Assembly (NCBI GenBank): GCA_046563655.1 | Contig: CM102289.1 | Span: 6,510,001 to 6,574,000, forward strand | Length of the DNA stretch: 64,000 bases | Origin: Yuukianura sp. NJ FZ-2021 | Lineage: Eukaryota | Direction of reading: 5' to 3' | Shown: positions 51,633 through 63,423 of the stretch, piece after piece | Layout of the letters: every line of letters begins with the position of its first letter | Numbering within the stretch: position 1 is the first letter of the stretch | Made by a program: the position numbers and the translations under genes | Notes under the pieces: model-generated | Told to the model about the DNA's origin: nothing | The model's input: the letters and a program-made list of their open reading frames with translations, nothing else | Database searches by the model: none

Positions 51633-53395
51633 TTACCCAAAAAAATAATTTGACCTGTAGTTGAACAAAACTTTAGACATGTCGGAAAGAATATTGAAAT
51701 ATGAGGGCATTCCTATCCAACCCATTTCTGTTTCAAATTTTTGTGTGTATTGGCAATACTTCTGTGTATGACTTCCATGCTTCCTTAAATAATGTTCACA
51801 AACAACAAAATGTCTTTGTTTTGTCCTCCACCAACCTTTGACCTTCTCTTCTTTCCGTTCTTCCTTAAAATGTCTCAAGATTTCTAAATTTGGAAATTGG
51901 CGATGTAGGCGCATGACCAATTCGGAATTGCAGTCGCCAATGAAGTTAATTCCCAAAAACTTCAGTTGATTGATTTGAATGCTTGAACCGTTCGTGGTGA
52001 ATTCTGGAAAAATGTAGTTGAAATACTTGTCCTTGTCTGGAAAAACTAACACAATTGCAAGTTCGGTGAGAGTCGGGTATTTTGAACAGAATTTCTCCTC
52101 CTGTAAACAATGCAATTAATATCTGATTGCGGTCAATTTCAGTTCAATTATCGAATTTGTTTTGTTCATACCAACAATGCATCTCTTAAATTCAATGGAT
52201 CCGCAAGTTCCGCAAAAAAATCTGGATCATCAGGGCTATAAACTTTATAGTTCAAACATCTTAGTGCTGGAAATGAAATGCCATTTTTCGCAAGGTCCCG
52301 TTCGTAATCCTCGTTGTCGCATAAGCGACCCAGAGCGAGTTCCAAAATCTCGAGCGTTTCTGAATGTAAGGCAAGAAACTCCATTAAATTCCTTTCGTTC
52401 GTATTTGTTCTGAAATTGAAAATTTTCAATTTCCCGGGAAAAGCCAATGAACGTGAAGGACTTGGAGAGGGAAAATACAGTCGTATTCCTTCCAAATTTG
52501 AAAATTTGTGTGAATTAGGTTCAGAATTTAGTGCTTCAATACATTTTTCCTGAAAGTAAAAGTCATTTAGTCTGAAAAAATACTGTCGCCACAGCTCTAT
52601 GTCAAGATACTTGACCTGTGCAAACAGCTTCATCAAGTGAAGATAACTTTCTTTGCTGACTGCTTCCTCCATGATGTCCTCAACGTATTGTACTCCAAAA
52701 GAAAACGTTTCCAATTGCTGGAGACAATGGAACGAATCTAGTGGAATGGCTTGGCAGGCTTCATCTGTTGCTCGGATAAAATCCAGAGCCAATCTGCGCA
52801 GACTCGGAGACGCAGTGAGCATCTCGACCAAAAGTTTAGCGTCAACTTCATTCACTAACGCCATCTCGAGCCGAAGTTCAGTCAATATTGCACCAGTATC
52901 CGACATTCTTTTGATAACTGCTGTTATTTCCTTGGCGTAGGTGATACTGTTTTCCTGGAAGTAGATTTCTTGAGGAGACAACTTTCGATATGGTAAGTTT
53001 CCATATGACTCTCCCTCTGAATGCCATGGAAAATTGAGCAATGAGATGAGGAGTGCGTGGTCTTGGGCCAAACTATTTGCGGTAATAAACTGCGAAACTG
53101 TGCCGAAGTCTGTTTCGGCCCCCGGAAAATGCCGAATGAATATTTTCGATCTAAAAGCTCGGCACGCCTCCTTTGTCCAAAATTTTGAAACGAGTCTTGC
53201 TGATTTCAACGAGTTGAGATCCAAATATGAAAACACTGTTTCGAGCGCGTATGGATTTCGAGTAGCTAACGGTACCGTTTTCGGTAAATTTTCAAATTCC
53301 ATAACATCGTTATTTTGAGGATTGTGTTGAGAAAAATTGGTTGATTGGTTGATTGAATGATTCGTCTTGAACAACACACTCCAGAGTTGACCCAT
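51633..53395 (-). CDS. F-box/LRR-like protein, copy 2 (2 exons)
   Basis: Highly similar to copy 1 in inverted orientation; same intron position. Confidence 0.82.
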
Positions 53396-54092
53396 ATCTT
53401 AATGCTTTGAGCTCCTTATTAGTTAATAGGAATTAAGAAGTCAAGTTACATTTTTTGTACAAAATTAGAAACTCTGAAACTAAAATACCAACCGGGACCA
53501 CTGAAACCGAAATATGCGAAGAGTGGAAAGGAGGAAGTTGTGTTTTATACACTAGACTGAAAAATCAATAAAATTGCGTACGCAACTTCTCTTTGTCAAA
53601 AGTTTCAATTTTATTTTATATCCCTATATTCCACCGATTCTTACAAATTGATTTTTAAGCAGTGATTTTCGAAAATTCACTAAAAGTTGAAAGTATTTGT
53701 CTTTTCAAAATTCCGGAAACGCTTTTCAAAGTTCCTACAGTATTTGAGAATTACGGATCAAAAAAGCTAACGACCACGACCCCTGTTCTTGACAGTTTCA
53801 AATTACTACATAAAAAAATACCGTTTGGGGGTTACCTTATTGTTAATTTAGTTGCACAGTTTATAACTTAATTCCCTTGATTTTGTGTTTGTTTAAATTT
53901 GTTAACGTTCCTGCACTTTTAAATTTAACCACAACGGAACGTTTTGCCAACTGAATACCACTGCTCTTGAAATATGTTAGCACAATAATAATGACAATGA
54001 TTTTAGACTTATTTCGTAATGACTCCTATAATTAAAAATATGGCCGAATTATAACCTGATGTGATTTAAAGAGTGAAGCTTATCTGGTTGCT

Positions 54093-54550
54093 TTAAATTT
54101 GACATTTATCCGATGCACTTTTGCGTCGACTCTTCGCTGGTGCCGCTTCATCGCCAATTTGACTTCCAGTGCCAGTTCCCTGCTCGTTTCCTTCACTCCC
54201 GGTCCCGGCTTTGCTCTGGTCACTACGAGGTGAATGACCTTTGCTGCTACTTGCTGTTTGTTTGTTTATTCGTTTTTCCTTTAATTCTTGTTGCTTCTGC
54301 AAGTTGTATTTTTTATCAGCCGTCTTTTGCGCTTTTTCACAATGGATGCAGGTCATCGAATTACTTTTGTAGTCATGTCTCCTACAATACTTCCCATAAT
54401 TGCCACTATTAAAGAATTTGATACTTTTAAGGCAATGAAAAATCAACTTCCCATTAACTTTCAATTAGTAAATTTGTTTAAACTTAATCTAATTTTGAGA
54501 TTGGTTTTTAAGATGTTATGGGATTCTTTATAATACCTTCCCGAAGCCAT
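54093..54550 (-). CDS. Small orphan protein (~108 aa) with a CxxH-x8-CxxC putative zinc-binding motif and a basic/low-complexity tail
   Basis: Exon 54550-54537 (MASG+AG), GT-AG intron, exon 54405-54093 in frame: MASGSGNYGKYCRRHDYKSNSMTCIHCEKAQK…DKCQI*. Confidence 0.55.
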
Positions 54551-54831
54551 TTTTGATTCAAAATGGAAAATCCTTGGTTTAAATGTAGTAGGACTTTTCT
54601 CTTAACTCAAATAATAGCAAACCCAAGCCTACACTGACGACACCTCGATTGTTTCCATTTTACAGCAACAAAAATGCTATTTTTAATCATTGTATATTTC
54701 TGTTCAAGCTTTTTTTAAAACAAGAATTTTAAAGGCTTGCAATACTATAATTCCGATTCTGTCTGTAGTACCTGAAAAGGCTATTTTAAACAATTTTAGG
54801 AAGTTTTGATTGTCTGTTCTATTCTTAGTTT

Positions 54832-56597
54832 TTACCGAAAAAAATAATGTGTTTTGTATTTGAACAAAATATTAGACATGTCCGTAAGCACATTACAATA
54901 CGATGGCATTCCAATCCAACTCTGCTGCATTTCCACGTTTTGCGAGTACACACAATACTTGTTCGTATGCGTTCCATGCTTCCTCAGAAAATGTTCACAA
55001 ATGACGAAATGTCTTTTTCTTGTCCTCCACCAACCTTTGACCTTTTCAACTTTTTGTTCTTTGAAATGTCTCAGGGTTTCCAAATTTGGAAATTGGCGAT
55101 GAAGACGCATGACCAATTCGGAGTTGCAATCTCCAATGAAACTAATTGCCAAAAATGTTAGTTGCTTGATTTCAACGTTTGAACCGTTTGTGGTGAATTC
55201 TGGAAAAATGTAGTTGAAATACTTGTCCTTGTCTGGAAATACTACGGTAATAGCGAGTTCCGTGAGGGATGGATACCGTGAGGAAAATTGCTCCCGCTAA
55301 AAATATTTTCACATTTATTCAAAATCAATCAATTTTTATATTTTTCACTATAATTATTATTTTGTTATACCAAAAATGTAGTTCTTAGGTTAAACGGATC
55401 TGCGAGTTCTGGGAAAAATTCATCTGGTTCAACAGGATGGTAGACTTCATAGTTTAAACACCTTAAAGCTGGAAATGAGTGACAGTTTCCTCCAAGGTCA
55501 CGTTCGTATTCTTCTTCGCCGTAACATAATCGACCAAAGTTGAGGTCCAAAATTTCCAGCGTTTGCGAATGTAAGGCGAAAAACTCCACTAAATCCCGTT
55601 CGTTCCTATTAGCTTGCGCACTGAAAACTTTCAATTTCCCGGGAAAGGCGAGTGAAAGTGAATGAGGTCCACACGCAGGATTGAGACGGATACCCTCCAA
55701 ATTTGAAAATATGTTTCGATTACTGTTGGAATTTAGCTCCTCTAAGCAATACTTTTGAAAGTAGTAGTCACTTCGTCTGCAATAGTACTGCCGCCACAGT
55801 TCCAGGTCAAGATATTTGACTTGTGCAAACAACTTCATCAAATGAAGATAACTTTCTTTGCTGACAACTTCATCCATTATGTCTTCAACATATTGAACTC
55901 CAAAAGAAAACGTTTCCAATTGCTGCAAACACTGAAAAGAGTCAAGTGGAATGGCTTGGCAGGCTTGATCTGTTGCTCGGATAAAATCCAGGGCCAATCT
56001 GCGCAGACTCGGAGATGCAGTGAGCATCTCAACCAAAAGTTTAGCGTCAATTTCATTTACTAACGCCATCTCGAGTCGAAGTTCAGTTAATATTGCGCCA
56101 GTATCGGACATTCTTTTGATAACTGCTATTATTTCCCTGGCGTAGGTGATACTGTTTTCCTGGAAGTAGATTTCTTGAGGAGATAACTTTCGATATGGCA
56201 TGTTTCCATATGACTCTCCCTCTGAATGCCACGGAAAATTGAGCAATGAAATGAGGAGTGCGTGATCTTGGGCCAAACTATTTGCGGTAATAAACTGCGA
56301 AACTGTGCCGAAGTCTGTTTCGGCCCCCGGAAAATGCCGAATGAATATTTTCGATCTAAAAGCTCGGCAAGCCTCTTTTGTCCAAAATTTTGAAACGAGT
56401 CTTGCAGATTTCAACGATTTGAGATCCAAAAATGAAAACACTGTTTCGAGTACGTATGGATTTTGAAGAGCTAATGGTACCGGTTTTGGCAAATTTTCAA
56501 ACACCACAACATCGTTACTTTGAAGATTGTGTTGAGCAAAACTATTGCAGGATTCAGAATGATTAGTGTTGAACAACAAACTCCAGAGTTGACCCAT
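54832..56597 (-). CDS. F-box/LRR-like protein, copy 3 (2 exons)
   Basis: MGQLWS start at 56597; paralog of copies 1 and 2 with the same intron. Confidence 0.82.
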
Positions 56598-57326
56598 ACC
56601 TGTAATGCTTTGAGCTTTCAAATAGTTAATCAAGTATGAATTATGATGTCAAGTTACACTTTACGTGCAAAAGTTTGAAAAGAAAATACAAAGCCGGTAC
56701 CACTGGAACAGAAAGATTCAAAGACGAAGAGTGAAAGTAGGAAGTTTATGAATGTTTATAAAAATCAATAAAATTGCGTGCGCAGCTTTTTTTTCAAAAA
56801 TTTCAATTTTATTTCATATCCTATTCCACCGATTTTTACAAATTGGTTTTTACATTGTGATTTTCTCAAAATTCACTAAAAATTGAAAATATTTGTCAAA
56901 TTTTCAAAATTCCTGAAATGCCTGAATTTTTTTTAAAGTTCCTACATTATTTGAAAATTATGGATTGAAAAACCCAACACCTCTGTACTTGATAGCTTCA
57001 TATTCCATAAAAAAGTACGGGTTTGGTTTAGCTAATTGTTGATTTAGTTGCTCTCAGTTTAAAACTTAATTTGCTTGATTTTGTTACATTTTTTAAAGTT
57101 AACGTTCCTGCACCTTTAATAACCCTAACGGAACGTTTTGTCAGCTGAACACCCTCTCTTTTGAAATATCGTACAACACAATAATGGCATTGATTTTAAA
57201 ATTTTTGCGTAATGGTTTCTGGAATTCACGAAATGAACGAACTGCTGACTTGATTTTAAAAAGTGTTATGACTACAATGTTAAAGTCGGTTAAAGTAGAA
57301 TGACGAATGAGGTGGAAGGTTAGGAA

Positions 57327-60300
57327 TCAAAACTTGAGTTTCTTTGGGGTTTCCCATGTAAAGCCTTCACGTCCAAAGTGGCCATAAGAACTGGTTGCCT
57401 GATAAATCGGTTTGCGCAAGTCCAAATCCCTACGAACACAAAACAAACATAATGTGAACAAATTGACCACAATAAAGCAAACACAAACGTTAAATATACA
57501 CTATAAAAGTTGACGTACTTGACAATTTTGCCAGGTCGAAGATCAAAGTTTTCTTTGACAATTTTAAGAAGTTCTTTCTGGGTTTTGCTGGAAGTTCCAT
57601 AGTCAAAGACGCTGATGGAAGTTGGCTCAGCGACACCAATGGCATAAGACACTTGAACGAGGCAGCGACGGCAAAGACCAGCGCTAACGAGAGACTTAGC
57701 AACCCAACGAGCCGCGTAAGCTGCAGATCTGTCCACTTTTGTAAAATCTTTTCCAGAGAAAGCACCACCGCCATGAGCACCCCAACCACCATAAGTATCC
57801 ACGATAATTTTTCGCCCAGTGAGACCCGCGTCACCCTAAAGTAAAAGTAAACACGTCAAGTACGAATGTGTAACACAATTTGTTGCCTATCTAACCTGAT
57901 TTTAACATTTAGCTTACCATTGGTCCACCAATGATGAAGTCTCCGCAAGGATTGATGTGGTATTTGGTTTCAGAGTCAAGATACTTGGCTGGAATCACTT
58001 CCTTGATGACTTTGGTCATGATTTCTTCTCTTAGTTGCTCCAGTGTTATTTTCTCAGAATGTTGAGTTGAAACAACGACGGAATGAACTCGGACTGGAAC
58101 GCATGCTCCGTGGTCAAAATAATACTCGCAAGTGACCTACAAAAACCATACGACAGAGGTCAACAACTTGAAACTTTATTGTTGCTGTAATTACAAATTT
58201 CTCGTTACCTGAGTTTTGGAATCCGGACGACCCCACCAGAATAGTCCATTTCGTCTTAGTTCTGACAACTTTTGATTCAGCTTATGAGCTAAAACAACCG
58301 TGAGTGGCATGTATTCTTCAGTTTCATCCGTGGCATAACCGAACATAAGACCCTGCGTCACAGTGAGGAAATCATCGTCATTTTATTTCATTTTTGAAAA
58401 CCCATTGAACACCTTCCAAAAAGCGTGAAGCAGTGAAAATTGGACAAGCTTTGATATTTTTAACAAATGTCAACACAGTTCCCCAACGTCCTTGTTCTAA
58501 AATTAGGTTAAAGATTAAAAGCCAAGACTAAAATTAGGCCAAATTGTGCACGTCATAAATTGTTAAAGTAAAAAAAAATTAAAAAAAGAAACGCATGCCG
58601 AAAAGCAAAAAAAAATGTTAAAATCCGTTTCCGCGTGTAGCAAAGAACGTGTTCTGCGGTCTGTACGGTGATTTAAGAGGCGATATCGATCAGTCAGAAG
58701 TCGTGCCAAAAAATAGTTCTAGAAAAAAGAACGCCACGAGCGTAAAAAACGAAAATGTCATTCTGTCAAGTGCGAAACATTCCAAAACAAGTGCAAAAAA
58801 GGTTAAAACACCTTCAAAGAGAAAAGTTAAAAATAAAACTAACGATTAGCACTACTAATGTGTAATGTCAAATTACGAAATTAGCCGAAAAAGTGAAACC
58901 AAAAGTACTGCACAGTTAGCATAAAAAAAGGTGTAGAAAAAGTCATAAAATGTGAAAGTTTATGCAGAGGAATTGACTTAAGGCAGAGATTGTGCTGGTG
59001 TACCCTTACAGGGCCCGATTCACGAATTGACATATTTGTTAACATGAAATTTATATGTCAATGTCTCTGACCTGATCCCCAGCCCCAATGTCCTCTGCAT
59101 GCCGGTCAATATGAACGCCTGAGGCAATATTTGGACTTTGTTGCTCCAATGCCAGTAACAAATTGCATGTACTATGATCAAATCCTAGAAGAGCAATAAA
59201 TAACAGTTCCATTTCATTCCATTGTTAGAGTTAGTAATTCAACACTTCAAACAATGCGTTGATGCTGTTGATTGAGCCAATTTCTTCAAAACCATTTCAT
59301 TAATGTAACTCCCGAAGCTTAGTAGTAAAATTTCATCAGCCAATTGTTGACATGCTGAAGCGCATGGGCGGAGGAGAGGAAACTGCGCATGTCACAACAA
59401 GGGAGATTGCGAAACAATTTTGAAAGGTCAACCTGGTCACCAGCTCCCAAGTCCTCTTCTTCACGGGCGATGTGAACACCACTTGCAATTTCTGGACTTT
59501 GTTCCTCAATTGCAATTAGCAAATTACAAGTTTTGTAGTCAAATCCTATGAAGGTTATGTTTAAAATTAAGTTGTTACAAAATCATTGGATTTGGGGTTT
59601 CTAAATTGATTGAAGTCATTCTGTCGTTTTTAAGCTGCATTAACCAGTATCAGTTAATCTACTGAGGTTAAAATGCGACATTTCCTTTGATCTCAAATCT
59701 TGAGAGAACTATGAAGATGATGCAATACTCTTAAAACACTATTTCAATTTAGACAAGATTAATGGGAATTATCCATCCCATTTCATAAGCTATGATTGAA
59801 AAATGGCTTCTTTGAGTCTCAACTGACGCTAAGGATGACCCTGGCAGATAAGGCGACTAACCTTTAGATGAATCGTCATAGCCTATGTGCTGTATGGTTC
59901 CTCGGACCACTTTCTGGTAATCTACTACCGCCTTGGAAGTAATTTCGCCGCAGATGAGAACCATTCCTGTCTTTGTAACTGTCTCTGTAAAGATTACAAG
60001 CATTAATATTTAAGATTAAAAGTCATACATACTTAATTTATTAGAAGTATTTCTGGAAAGTGACAAAAGTCTCCTCACCACAGGCAACTTTAGCATCCGG
60101 ATCTTGTTTCAAATGAGCATCTAGAATGGCGTCACTGATTTGATCACACATCTTATCTGGAAAAGTCAATACAATGGGGTGAGGTCATGGCCATATTAGA
60201 ATTACAAGTACGATCTATGATTACAATCTGGGAAAAACGTGCGCACAGACACAGAGCGTTTTCGGTGTAGGACTATCATCAACAAAGAAAAAAGTGGAGC

Positions 60301-60716
60301 GTCTGACGTGTGTCGGAGGTCAACTTTACCCCATTTTGAAATATTTTTTAAGTTTTCAAAAGCTGTCTTTGGAAAAAACCGCTTGAGTAGATAAACGTTG
60401 ACCGATAGCCTCTCGCTCTTGTGACTCTGCTGTGCTGACTCTACTTCCTCAAACGCCTTAATTTAAAATCTTATTCGAATTCGTTCCAAAGAAGATTTGG
60501 CACGCCAACAAAAGTAAAGGAAACCACCCAACCCAGTATTTCAAAAAAAATGAGAAACCATTTTAGTAATTTAGTAAATCACTGATTTTCAGAAAATTTA
60601 CCTGGATGACCTTCGCCAACTGATTCAGAAGTGAACAGAAATGTCTCTCCCTCTTCCAAATTGGCTTCGACGAATCTGCTTCCAGTGGAGACATGGTTCC
60701 CGTTTACGGTAGCCAT
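57327..60716 (-). CDS. Sam-S: S-adenosylmethionine synthetase (MAT)
   Basis: [75 protein letters not shown]…WETPKKLKF*. Confidence 0.97.
59072..59184 (-). other. Sam-S: Sam-S mutually exclusive exon, downstream variant ([38 protein letters not shown])
   Basis: 113 nt, AG/GT flanked, same phase as and paralogous to 59433-59545. Confidence 0.9.
59433..59545 (-). other. Sam-S: Sam-S mutually exclusive exon, upstream variant ([38 protein letters not shown])
   Basis: 113 nt, AG/GT flanked; including both exons would shift the frame. Confidence 0.9.
59973..59999 (-). promoter_or_regulatory. METTL16/METT-10-type m6A hairpin overlapping the 3' splice site of Sam-S intron 60078-59985
   Basis: Pre-mRNA UUGUAA-U-CU-UUACAG|AGAC-AG-UUACAA: stem UUGUAA/UUACAA plus CU/AG closes a loop with UACAGAGAC; the motif AG is the splice acceptor (A at 59986). 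Confidence 0.8.
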
Positions 60717-63109
60717 AGTTAATAATATAGTTCAAGTCGCGAAAGACGAAAAAGCGTCTTCTTCAGTACCTAAATTCAAAAAGACAATAACTGATTATGT
60801 ACTTTATTCCATTCCCAGTTGTAAATGCATTGTTGGTTTGTTAACTAAAGTCTATCGGATTCGGAATAGAAAGCTGTGTATCGGATATCTCAGTTTAGTG
60901 CAAACATACGACCGAAAAGAATAAAACGGTGGATGACCTCTGACCTATTACCTGATGACCCAAACGCGTGTTTGGAATGAACTCTCGATGGCCACTACAC
61001 ACCGGATGGGGCCCCAAATCCGAAAAGAAAGAGCTCAAAATGTGCAGTGCACGAGAAAATTTCAAAAGAGTATAAAATATAAAGGCACTACACTAATCCA
61101 ATGAAAAGTTACACTCCGGAAATTCGGGAAAATGGACGTCGCGGCTCGCGGATGCGTGATACTAGGAAATATAGCAAATATGCATAAAAAACATGAAAAG
61201 ATTTTGCTTTAAACTTTGTAAATTACGCACGTTTTAGCTAGCGATTCTTAATCGTAACCTTAACGAGTTGGCTCGTAATCAATGTTAGGAAGCTCTACTA
61301 TTCGTTTATTTCGCAGATTAGTTTCAGTTGCTACAAGGTTACAGTTACAATAGATTTCCGACTGTCGTGTGTGTCTTCATCATCATCTGTAACTTTGAAT
61401 GTTTAAGGATATTTAGCATCATGCGCTCGACAAACGTCGTGTACTAGACTAACCTATCTTGAAATTTCGTAACTCCAGAATCTTCTGAGGGGACTGTCGC
61501 AACTTTCACATTGCAGAGGATTAGTGCACTCAAGAAATCAATGTCGCGTTACGTTTTACGGATAGGAAATAAGAGAAAAAATTGTGGTTACGGTTGTGTC
61601 TACGAGTAAGTACTGAAAGGAGATTCGATAATTTCGTTACCATCTGATATTTTTGACACGGATGCTATTTTTTGGAGGATAAATTATATTTTATGACACT
61701 TTTTACTATGGAATTTCGAATTTCTCTTGTCAAGGTTTACAGCAAGGTGAGAACAATAACCTATTCTTCATAGCTAACAGGCTTCGCACAAAATTTGCAC
61801 AAATGTTGGAAATTTTGAACAAGTTTCCTTACCTTGACAAAATGCTTTTGTGACTTTTCAGTTAAGACGACTGTCTGTGGTTCTAGTCCAGCCACTTTCC
61901 TTTGAAGTTCAAGAGCAACTGGCGCAAGAGGATGTTGAATGGTGGAGTGACCAGAATAAAAGAACAGTTCTGTCGTGACGGATTAACTGACTACGCTATG
62001 CTTTTTCATCTCGTTCGTCCAAGGCAGTTTTAACTTCTTGATAAGGACAACCTCGAACACAATTTAGTGGTAAGGGAGGTGTCGGAATTGGAATTCTTCT
62101 CGAATTGAATAGTATCTGTTTCTGTAGTTTAATAGTTTACTGTTAAAGCCTACTAAACTGTCATGATAATAGTATATGAACTTTAAACTCATTTTGTTCG
62201 GCAGGGTTCGACGCATAAATAAAACCGGTTTCAAGGCGTGCTACGCTACATTCAACAATGAACCAGGAGAAGTTTGTCCCCCGGGTTAGTTTCGCCTTCG
62301 CCTCTGACAATGTTCTACTGGTCATATTTACAAATAAGATGCTACTAGTATTCGAGCTACTTTCAATTCAAATTATAGTTAGAATCCTGTTTGACCACAA
62401 TTTCCAGATTACCATGTCTTCAGACGGGATGGTTTAAGTCTGAGAGACCAGCTCGAACACGAGGAGGTTTTTAGCTGACCATGACGTCGTAAATGTGCGA
62501 ACTCACGTCAATGGAAACGAGCTTTTCGTTGGTGACCTTTGTGACAAACAACATTTGACGTTTGTTGTTTGTATTGTATTTCACGAAAACTTAACTTTTT
62601 ACAATAGGCTGCAAGATTGTCTAATTTTTGGAATAAACTGGTTTCTAATTTTTATTAGCCCTGTCGAAAACAATTTGGAATCATCTAGGATGCCGGTGAC
62701 ATTCTTTTGTCAATTATCATCAAGACACAGTTTGCCCAGAAGAAAAAACTGAAACAAAAATCATTCTTTTAGTCACATGAATTCCAAACTGCTTTTTCCA
62801 AGTCAAACAAATCCATTTTCAATATAAAATGGAGGATTTACGACGCCACGTTGATACTATAACCAAGCGCGTTTGTGAACCGTAACTTCCCGTCCTAATA
62901 TTTCCACGACAGAGTTTAACGTCGTCAACTTTCATTCATCACAACTAAAATTGCACAACTTCCTTGTGATGGTGACGACGGCAATGAAAACATTAACCAG
63001 TTAAGATCAAAATTGTAATTTCATTTGAAAAAGTTACGATTTCCTTATTCCTATTGAATAAAACCAATTAATTTTCCGCGGTTGTCCTAATTTCTTAGGT
63101 CGTGATTAT

Positions 63110-63423
63110 GGTCCCATGACTTTTCTGCGTATGAATTGCTTCGAAGTGAATTGCTACGAATCCAATTCTCCAAAAATAGTTTTATATGGTAACTTAACCT
63201 AGCCTATTTTTATAATCAATTATTTTTAAAACAAGACTAGCTAATAATAATTAAAAATATAGTTAGCCTAACCAAATCTGCCTTACGATTTAACCTAATC
63301 TATTTACTCTAAACACCTTAATCTAAACTAATTCAATTTCGGGGCAATGTACTTTTTGGAGCCATTGGATTCGTAGCAATTCATGCTTCGGAGCATTTGA
63401 TTCGACGTAATGGCGTGACACCC
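63110..63423. mobile_element. Second, diverged foldback-like non-autonomous element related to 18771-19430
   Basis: 20-bp perfect inverted match TGAATTGCTACGAATCCAAT (63147-63166 and 63364-63383), TTCGGAGCA units, central TAACCT repeats. Termini GGTCCCATG… and (rc) GGGTGTCACGCCATT… resemble the two ends of the first element. Confidence 0.65.

Noticed and set aside
54093..54110. C-terminal KCQI as a prenylation signal
   Set aside because: The Cys is third from the end, not fourth, so it is not a CaaX box.
58560..58960. ORF 58649-58849 and the A-rich tract
   Set aside because: Antisense to a U-rich Sam-S intron; the Lys-rich ORF is a compositional artefact.
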